From NCBI GenBank assembly GCA_964601155.1, contig CAZRMO010000002.1, forward strand, positions 25,685 through 89,684: a DNA stretch of 64,000 nt, read 5' to 3'. The notes below the pieces were generated by a model. That model was not told the DNA's origin and ran no database searches. It saw only the letters and a program-made list of their open reading frames with translations. The DNA is from an uncultured Enterobacteriaceae bacterium (GTDB taxonomy: Bacteria; Pseudomonadota; Gammaproteobacteria; Burkholderiales; SG8-39). Below are positions 58,186 to 64,000 of the stretch, in pieces. Numbering within the stretch: position 1 is the first letter of the stretch; each line of letters begins with the position of its first letter. The position numbers and the translations under genes are program-made.

Positions 58186-59664
58186 TCATTTCTCTACCGC
58201 TCCCGTGAGATACAAGTCTTTCAGTTTGCGCCGCTGCAGCTTGCCGGTAGCTGTGAGCGGCAGCTCGCTTACCCATTTCACCAGACGCGGCCGCTTAAGC
58301 TTAGGCAATGCGGCGATGCCCGTGGCCAAACGCTCGCGCGCTTGCGTCTCCTGCCCGCTCGCGGCCACGGCGAATAAGGCGATTGAAACCAGGCCTTCGG
58401 CGTTTTCAAAGCCCACCGCCGCCAAGCCATCGACGCAGCCCGCGCTCGCCGCGAGCAGCGCTTGCTCCACGTCCAGGATGCTTACCCACTGCCCGGAAAT
58501 CTTCACCATATCGTCGTTGCGCCCGCACAACTCCATGGACCCGTCTTCGTGCCGCCGGAACAAGTCCCCAGGTGAAAACCAGCCGTCGTCGAAGCTGTCG
58601 CGTACGGCGTCTGGGCGGCGCCAGTAGCCGAGCGCGACCGAGGGATGGCGCAGCCACAAGCGCTGCGGCGCCGCGGCGTCACTCGCATCGCGCATACGAT
58701 ATTCGAGCCGCGGCGACGGCTTGAGCAGCGCGCTGTCATCATCGCAGTAGAACATCAGAGCCACGGTTTCCGAGGCGCCATAGCCCGAGACCGGCGCCAC
58801 GCCGCTTGCCTCGCGCCATTCGCGCCGCACCGCCTGCGGCAGGGCTTCGCCCGCCGAGCCGTAGTGGCGCACCCCCGCCGCGCGCAACCGCCCCGCCACG
58901 CCTGCCTGCAGCATCTTCAGGTAAAGCGTGGGTACCGAAAACAACGCCGTCGGCCGATGCTTTTCGGCCACCTCGGCCACCCGCTCGGCTGTAGGCCACT
59001 CGGTGTCGAGAATCACCGTAGCACCCAAGCGCAAGCCGGCGCAAAAGCTGTTGCCGAGCGCGTAGGCGAAAAACATTTTTGACGAAGCGTAGATGCGGTC
59101 TTGCGCGCCGAGGCCGAGGATTTGTTGCGCGAAATCGGCGCTGGCGATGACGGTGCGTTGGGCGTGTATAACGGCTTTGGGAACGCCGGTAGTGCCGGAA
59201 GTATAGATCCACATCGCTGGGGCGTCGTCAGGCAATTCCGCCGCCGCTATGGGTGCGACAGACGCCAGCCCTGCGCTCCACTCGGCATCGATCACCAGCC
59301 GCGGCGGGTTGGCGATGTTCGCGAGCAGCCGCTCCAGCAGTGCGCGCGAGCTTTCCTTGCACCAGATGAAACGCGCCTCGGATTCCGACAGCACCACCGT
59401 CAGCTCGCGCTCGAACAGGCGCGAGTTCAAACCCACGGCGACGCCCCCCGCCCAGATCGCACCCAGATAGGCGATCGCCCAGTCGATGCCGTCCGGTGCG
59501 AACACCAACACGCGATCGCCCTGTGCAAGACCACGCGCGCGCCAGGCAGCGGCGGCGCGCCCCACTAGTTCGCGCAGTTCGCTATAACTCAGGCGCTCCT
59601 CTCCGCATTCCAGCGCGATCGCGCCGGCTTCACCGGTAGCGAGCAGATATGCAGCGGCGTTCAT
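58186..59664 (-). CDS. Aryl-carboxylate-CoA ligase (benzoate-CoA ligase-like, AMP-forming)
   Basis: AMP motif YTSGTTGVPKAV, GYGASE, DDMVKISGQWVS (compare DDMLKVSG.WVS of benzoate/4-hydroxybenzoate-CoA ligases), and C-terminal TATGKLQRRKL. Confidence 0.85.
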   Translation of the reverse strand: MNAAAYLLATGEAGAIALECGEERLSYSELRELVGRAAAAWRARGLAQGDRVLVFAPDGIDWAIAYLGAIWAGGVAVGLNSRLFERELTVVLSESEARFIWCKESSRALLERLLANIANPPRLVIDAEWSAGLASVAPIAAAELPDDAPAMWIYTSGTTGVPKAVIHAQRTVIASADFAQQILGLGAQDRIYASSKMFFAYALGNSFCAGLRLGATVILDTEWPTAERVAEVAEKHRPTALFSVPTLYLKMLQAGVAGRLRAAGVRHYGSAGEALPQAVRREWREASGVAPVSGYGASETVALMFYCDDDSALLKPSPRLEYRMRDASDAAAPQRLWLRHPSVALGYWRRPDAVRDSFDDGWFSPGDLFRRHEDGSMELCGRNDDMVKISGQWVSILDVEQALLAASAGCVDGLAAVGFENAEGLVSIALFAVAASGQETQARERLATGIAALPKLKRPRLVKWVSELPLTATGKLQRRKLKDLYLTGAVEK

Positions 59665-59682
59665 GGGCGGCGGTGGCTTGGT

Positions 59683-60387
59683 CTAGAGCGGCGCGACAAT
59701 GTTCACGCGCAACTCGCCCAGGCCGTCTATGCCAGCCAGCAATTCGTCACCGACCTTGGCCGCGCCTACCCCTGCCGGGGTCCCGGTGAATATGGCGTCG
59801 CCGGCCTCGAGCGTGTAATACTGCGTCAGGAACGCGATCTGCTCGGGCACGCTCCAGATCATCTGGTCGATATCCGATTGCTGCCGAAACTCGCCATTCA
59901 CCTTGAGCCAGAGCTTGCCCGTGGACGGATGTCCCACCTTGCTCGCCGGCGTAGCCGGCCCGCAAGGCGCGGCTTGGTCGAAATCCTTGCCGAAGCTCCA
60001 CGGGCGACCTTTGTCCTTGCCGACCTGCTGCAGGTCGCGCCGGGTCATGTCCAGGCCGATGGCGTAGCCCCAGACGTGATCATTGGCGCGCTCGGCGGCG
60101 ATCTTGTAGCCACCCTTGCCGATCAGCGCAACCATCTCGGTTTCCCAGTGATAGTTGTTGCTCATCGGCGGGTAGTGAATGTTGCCTTTCTCGCCTGCTT
60201 CGACCGCGACCAGATCATGCGGCGCTTTACAGAAAAAGAATGGCTGCTCGCGGCCGTCGCCGCCCATCTCCTTCTGGTGTTCGACATAATTGCGGCCGAC
60301 GCAGAATATGCGCCGCACCGGAAAGCGGTCTTTGGAACCAGCCACAGGCAGCGAAGGCAGCTGCCACATTTCGACGACATAATTCAC
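59683..60387 (-). CDS. Fumarylacetoacetate hydrolase (FAH) family protein, fumarylpyruvate-hydrolase-like
   Basis: RIFCVGRNYVEHQKEMG...PFFFCK, E.E(M)V.LIGK and TGTPAGVG motifs of the short FAH family. Confidence 0.85.
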   Translation of the reverse strand: MNYVVEMWQLPSLPVAGSKDRFPVRRIFCVGRNYVEHQKEMGGDGREQPFFFCKAPHDLVAVEAGEKGNIHYPPMSNNYHWETEMVALIGKGGYKIAAERANDHVWGYAIGLDMTRRDLQQVGKDKGRPWSFGKDFDQAAPCGPATPASKVGHPSTGKLWLKVNGEFRQQSDIDQMIWSVPEQIAFLTQYYTLEAGDAIFTGTPAGVGAAKVGDELLAGIDGLGELRVNIVAPL

Positions 60388-60849
60388 TTCTGACTCCCTT
60401 ACGTGAAGCCCGGCACTTGCCGGGGTGCAACCCAGAAAAAATCCAATCCGCCGTACTTACCGCAGCCGGAATCGATGTCGCATCGCGGTTCCGATCGGCT
60501 GTTCAAAAACGACTTAGCTCGCTGCGACAGGAACCGCATGGGCCGGGGCGTGCCCGCGTGATCCGCATGAACCCTCCTCCTGACACCGTTGCGGCGCTCG
60601 ACGCGCTCTGCAGCCGGCTGCTCGTTCGACACACTATGATGATTTGTGTCTATCGTGTCAATTCATCGCTTACCCGCATGATGCGACTGTTAGCTGCGCC
60701 GCAGCGACAGCGCAGCAACGCTCGAACGACGTATTGCAACTGCCATGATGCCGTCGGCGCCCTGGGTATGCTGTCGCGCCCAATGCCTTGTCGTCGGCGC
60801 CGCTTTGCTTCTTGCCTTTTTACCATAATTCATGTTACTTTTGCGCAAC

Positions 60850-60867
60850 TGAATGAATATTCATTCA
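60850..60867. promoter_or_regulatory. Perfect 18-bp palindrome, candidate operator in the divergent catabolic promoter region
   Basis: TGAATGAATATTCATTCA equals its own reverse complement. Extra ATTCAT copies occur at about 60661, 60828 and 60884. It sits in an AT-richer patch about 160 nt upstream of the SDR gene. Confidence 0.5.
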
Positions 60868-61028
60868 TCCGGATTCTAGCCGATTCATGCGCAGGCGGAA
60901 AGGGGTTGGTGCGTTCCGTCAGGCCGGGTCGATCCGGGTTCGGGGCGAACACGGCGAACGCGCGGCGCGGCGCGGCAATGGCCGTGCAACGAAAATTTTA
61001 AGATTTTCCTTAATTTGCGGAGCGAAAA

Positions 61029-61775
61029 ATGCGACTGGACGGCAAGACGGCTGTGGTTACCGGAGCGGCATCGGGTATCGGGCGGGCGACCGCGGAAACA
61101 CTGGCTCAGGCGGGGGCGCACGTGCTGCTCGGCGACATTGCCGAGCAGTCGGGCGAGGACGCCGCCGCGGCGATCCGCGCCAAGGGCCTGGGAGCGGATT
61201 TTTTCCGCCTGGATGTAACCGATCTCGAATCGATCGAGGCGTTCAAACGCGCCGCCTACGCGAAGCGCGGGCACGTGGACATAATCGTGAACGTAGCCGG
61301 CTGGGGCAAGATAGAACCGTTCGTCAAGAACACGCCCGACTTCTGGCGCAAGGTCATCGATCTCAACCTGTTCGGGCCGATCGCGGTAACGCGCGCGTTC
61401 CTCGACGACATGATAGAGCGCAAGACAGGCAAGGTCGTCACTGTTTCCAGCGATGCGGGCCGCGTCGGCAGCCTGGGAGAGTCGGTTTATTCCGGTGCGA
61501 AAGGCGGCGCGATCGCGTTCACCAAATCGCTGGCGCGGGAAATGGCGCGCTTCAACATTAACGTGAACTGCGTCTGCCCCGGTCCGACGGACACGCCGCT
61601 GCTCGCGGTGGTGCCGGAGAAGCACCGGGAGGCGTTTGTGCGCGTTACCCCGATGGGGCGCCTGGCCAAGCCTTCCGAGATCGCCGATGCCGTGCTGTTC
61701 TTCGCCAGCGGCCGCGCGGACTTCGTCACCGGTCAGACCTTGAGCGTGAGCGGCGGCCTGACCCTCGCCGGTTGA
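61029..61775 (+). CDS. SDR family oxidoreductase, BadH-like (2-hydroxyacyl/alicyclic acyl-CoA dehydrogenase type)
   Basis: TGAASGIG cofactor motif and YSGAK catalytic motif. NVAGWGKIEPFVKNT and SDAGRVGSLGESVYSGAKGGAIAFTKSLAREMARFNINVNCVCPGPTDTPLL track the BadH sequence as I remember it. Confidence 0.85.
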   Translation: MRLDGKTAVVTGAASGIGRATAETLAQAGAHVLLGDIAEQSGEDAAAAIRAKGLGADFFRLDVTDLESIEAFKRAAYAKRGHVDIIVNVAGWGKIEPFVKNTPDFWRKVIDLNLFGPIAVTRAFLDDMIERKTGKVVTVSSDAGRVGSLGESVYSGAKGGAIAFTKSLAREMARFNINVNCVCPGPTDTPLLAVVPEKHREAFVRVTPMGRLAKPSEIADAVLFFASGRADFVTGQTLSVSGGLTLAG

Positions 61776-61820
61776 TTCCGCGAATTTTCATTACCCACTA
61801 TCAGCAACCTGGAGAATCGC

Positions 61821-62639
61821 ATGTACAAACTCAAAGCCGCCGAGTGGCGTCCGCAGCATTTCAAATGGGAAGTCAAGGATCGCGTCGGCACCGTCACGCT
61901 GAATCGTCCCGAACGCAAGAACCCGCTGACGCTGGAGAGCTACGCCGAACTGCGCGACACGTTCCACAAGCTGCAGTACGCCGAGGACGTGCGCGCCGTG
62001 GTATTCACCGGTGAGGGCGGCAATTTCTGCTCCGGCGGTGACGTGCACGAAATCATCGGCCCGCTGACCAAGATGGACATGACCGGACTGATCAACTTTA
62101 CCCGCATGACCGGAAACCTGGTGAAGGAAATGCGCACCTGCCCGCAGCCGATCATCTCGGCGGTCGACGGAATATGCGCCGGAGCGGGGGCGATCATTTC
62201 AATGGCGAGCGACCTGCGCTACGGCACCCCGGAATGCAAGACCGCGTTCTTGTTCGTGCGCGTCGGCCTGGCTGGCTGCGACATGGGCGCTTGCGCGATA
62301 CTGCCGCGCATCATCGGGCAGGGCCGGGCGTCGGAGTTGTTTTACACCGGGCGCGCGATGTCGGCCCAGGAAGGGCAGGCATGGGGCTACTACAATGAAA
62401 TCGTACCCAAGGACAAGCTGGTCGAGCGTGCGCATGCAATGGCGCAGGAAATCGCCGACGGCCCGTATTTCGCCCATTCGATGACCAAGAAGTGCCTGCA
62501 CCAGGAATGGAACCAGACCATCGAGCAGGCGCTGGAGACGGAGGCGGAGGCACAGGCGATCTGCATGCAGACCAAAGACTTCACGCGCGCCTACAACGCG
62601 TTCGTGGCCAAGCAAAAACCGGCCTTCGAGGGTAATTGA
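61821..62639 (+). CDS. Enoyl-CoA hydratase/isomerase (crotonase) family protein
   Basis: [25 protein letters not shown] and ICAGAGA oxyanion-hole segments. Confidence 0.88.
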   Translation: MYKLKAAEWRPQHFKWEVKDRVGTVTLNRPERKNPLTLESYAELRDTFHKLQYAEDVRAVVFTGEGGNFCSGGDVHEIIGPLTKMDMTGLINFTRMTGNLVKEMRTCPQPIISAVDGICAGAGAIISMASDLRYGTPECKTAFLFVRVGLAGCDMGACAILPRIIGQGRASELFYTGRAMSAQEGQAWGYYNEIVPKDKLVERAHAMAQEIADGPYFAHSMTKKCLHQEWNQTIEQALETEAEAQAICMQTKDFTRAYNAFVAKQKPAFEGN

Positions 62640-62724
62640 GGCGCCGCCGCCCGGCTGCTGCAGCGCCCACCGATTCTAAGGGGCGCTGCGGGGACGCGGC
62701 CCACCGATCTGCAGCGGGTGTAAG

Positions 62725-63453
62725 ATGAAATCGCCGGGACATGTGGCAAGTCTGGTCACCGACACCAAACTGGTGGAAGAGCGCCGGGGACAAATTCTGC
62801 GCGCGGCGGTGAAGCTTTTTTCGGACAAGGGTTACTACACTACTACCATCTCACAGATCGCCCGCGAAGCGGGCGTGAGCACCGGCCTGATCTACCAATA
62901 TTTCGGCGACAAGGACGACGTCCTGCTGCTTTCGCTCAAGCTGGTGCTGGAGACTTATGAAAAGGAAATTCCGCCTCGCCTCGAGGGCATCAAGCACCCG
63001 GTCGAGCGGCTGTGCATGGCATTGTGGGCGTACTGCACCATAGTGGACGGCTTGCGCGAGGCGACCATCCTCGCCTACCGCTCGACCAAATCGCTGCGCG
63101 CAGACCGCAGGGCCTTGATCAAGCAGGATGAGATCCGGACCAACCGGCTGCTGCAGGACTGCTTGCGCGCCTGCATCGCCGGAGGCTACATGCGCCAAGT
63201 GAACGAGTATCTTCTGGTCTATCAGTATGTGCATTTCTGTCATGCCTGGGCGCTGAAACATTGGGCTTGGCGCGCCCGGTTCAGCCTGGGCAAATACGTA
63301 TCCGAAGGCATAGGGCTTCTGGTCGAGCCTTTTCTAACGTCCAAGGGACACAAGGCGCTCGCAACGATGCGGCGGCGCACCGCCGATTTCACGCGCGAGG
63401 CGAAACCGACGCCGCGCTCAGGACGCGGACCCAGGCACCTGAGCGCGCGCTGA
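62725..63453 (+). CDS. TetR/AcrR family transcriptional regulator
   Basis: N-terminal HTH ILRAAVKLFSDKGYYTTTISQIAREAGVSTGLIYQYF. Confidence 0.88.
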   Translation: MKSPGHVASLVTDTKLVEERRGQILRAAVKLFSDKGYYTTTISQIAREAGVSTGLIYQYFGDKDDVLLLSLKLVLETYEKEIPPRLEGIKHPVERLCMALWAYCTIVDGLREATILAYRSTKSLRADRRALIKQDEIRTNRLLQDCLRACIAGGYMRQVNEYLLVYQYVHFCHAWALKHWAWRARFSLGKYVSEGIGLLVEPFLTSKGHKALATMRRRTADFTREAKPTPRSGRGPRHLSAR

Positions 63454-63465
63454 CACGCCGGCGCC

Positions 63466-63497
63466 TAAAAAAACGGGCACCCGAAGGTGCCCGTTTT
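63466..63497. terminator. Bidirectional rho-independent terminator between the TetR gene and amt
   Basis: aaaaaaa-CGGGCACC-cgaa-GGTGCCCG-tttt. An 8-bp GC-rich stem (63474-63493) is flanked by an A-run and a T-run. Confidence 0.8.
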
Positions 63498-63568
63498 GCT
63501 ACCAGCCCTTGCGGACTCGGTACGCGTTCTGCGCAAGCGCCCAAGCTTGCGCCGGCGGCGCGGCTAGA

Positions 63569-64000
63569 TCATTCGACTTTTTCGCCGTGCAGGGCGAGGT
63601 CGAGACCTTCACGCTCTTCATCCGCGGTGACGCGCAGGCCGATGGTCATGTCGAGCACCTTGAGAATGATGAAGCTCATGATGCCGCTGTAGAGCAGAGT
63701 AGTCATCACACCGTAGAACTGGGTGAGCAGGCTGCCGTCGGCGCCACTGATCTCCTTGACGTTGAGCACACCGGTAAGCAGCGCACCGACAATGCCGCCG
63801 ACGCAGTGCACACCGAAGGCGTCCAGAGAGTCGTCATAGCCGAAGGCCTTCTTAACCGACGTCGAGGCGAAGAAGCAGATTACGCCGGCGGCGATACCGA
63901 TGATCAGGGCACCGCTCGGTCCGACGAAGCCCGAAGCCGGCGTAATCGCGACCAGTCCGGCAACGGCGCCAGAAGCGATACCCAGGACCGAGGGCTTGCC
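63569..64000 (-). CDS. amtB: Ammonium transporter (C-terminal part; 5' end beyond the window)
   Basis: The frame stays open to the window edge. The segment FGYDDSLDAFGVHCVGGIVGALLTG is the conserved Amt twin-His region. The ORF-track entry 63569..63811 is only the part after an internal Met. Confidence 0.9.
   Translation of the reverse strand, partial: GKPSVLGIASGAVAGLVAITPASGFVGPSGALIIGIAAGVICFFASTSVKKAFGYDDSLDAFGVHCVGGIVGALLTGVLNVKEISGADGSLLTQFYGVMTTLLYSGIMSFIILKVLDMTIGLRVTADEEREGLDLALHGEKVE

Noticed and set aside
60240-61001. The 253-aa (+) ORF and the 77-aa (-) ORF (60399..60632) filling the long catabolic spacer.
   Set aside because: Arg/Pro-rich composition, no motifs and no Shine-Dalgarno sequence. 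The (+) ORF would overlap the FAH gene start in antisense. Treated as non-coding or a possible decayed remnant.
1-64000. Dozens of long antisense ORFs in the track. Examples are 1377..2567 (-), 3205..4929 (-), 5810..6985 (+), 7271..8398 (+), 10454..11506 (-), 12429..14213 (-), 22049..23080 (-), 30423..32969 (+), 36280..37551 (-), 38572..39771 (-), 40987..42561 (-), 43917..45242 (-) and 47926..49674 (+).
   Set aside because: Each lies opposite a gene with clear family motifs. Their translations are Arg/Ala/Gly/Pro-rich low-complexity strings with no recognisable motifs. Stop-codon-poor frames like these are expected in high-GC DNA.
1-64000. Search for tRNA, rRNA, CRISPR arrays, IS elements, integrases, phage genes, toxin-antitoxin pairs or defence islands.
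   Set aside because: No cloverleaf-like T-arm motifs, no spaced direct-repeat arrays, and no transposase, integrase or recombinase-like ORFs were seen. The macro-domain protein is a short YmdB type without a DarT-like partner.

Overview
High-GC window that reads as ordinary core chromosome with betaproteobacterial-type gene order. I support about 58 protein-coding genes and found no rRNA, tRNA, CRISPR array, transposase, integrase or phage gene. Conserved housekeeping blocks make up most of it. These are dac-dat-ybeD-lipB-lipA, polA, thrB, phoBR, ubiE-ubiJ-ubiB, a topoisomerase III-smg-dprA block, def-fmt-htpX-rsmB-DUF4390-ntrYX-like-trkAH, and metH. Only the last ~10 kb (53.7-63.5 kb) looks accessory. 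It holds a TRAP importer, a minus-strand operon (FAH-family hydrolase, aryl-CoA ligase, CMD-family protein, LigB-type extradiol dioxygenase), and a divergent operon (BadH-like SDR, crotonase, TetR). The two operons are separated by a 640-bp AT-richer spacer carrying a perfect 18-bp palindrome. I cannot map this CoA-thioester plus ring-cleavage mix to a named pathway, so it is my best candidate for something undescribed, but the case rests on gene content only. Other observations concern non-coding structure and atypical proteins. The non-coding ones are a two-copy structured repeat with a compensatory base-pair change, a ~195-bp imperfect palindrome whose arms contain the stop codons of two convergent genes, a long hairpin element sharing a 20-nt arm with the window start, and an orphan intrinsic terminator in the metH leader. 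The atypical proteins are a 1307-aa DUF3683/FAD/Fe-S fusion, a 538-aa protein with a possible PilZ-like end, an NtrX-like regulator with a degenerate AAA+ core, an internally duplicated membrane protein, and a likely remnant ORF between ubiE and ubiJ. All functional calls come from motif and family recognition by eye; no database search was run. The many long antisense or alternate-frame ORFs in the track are treated as GC-driven artefacts.
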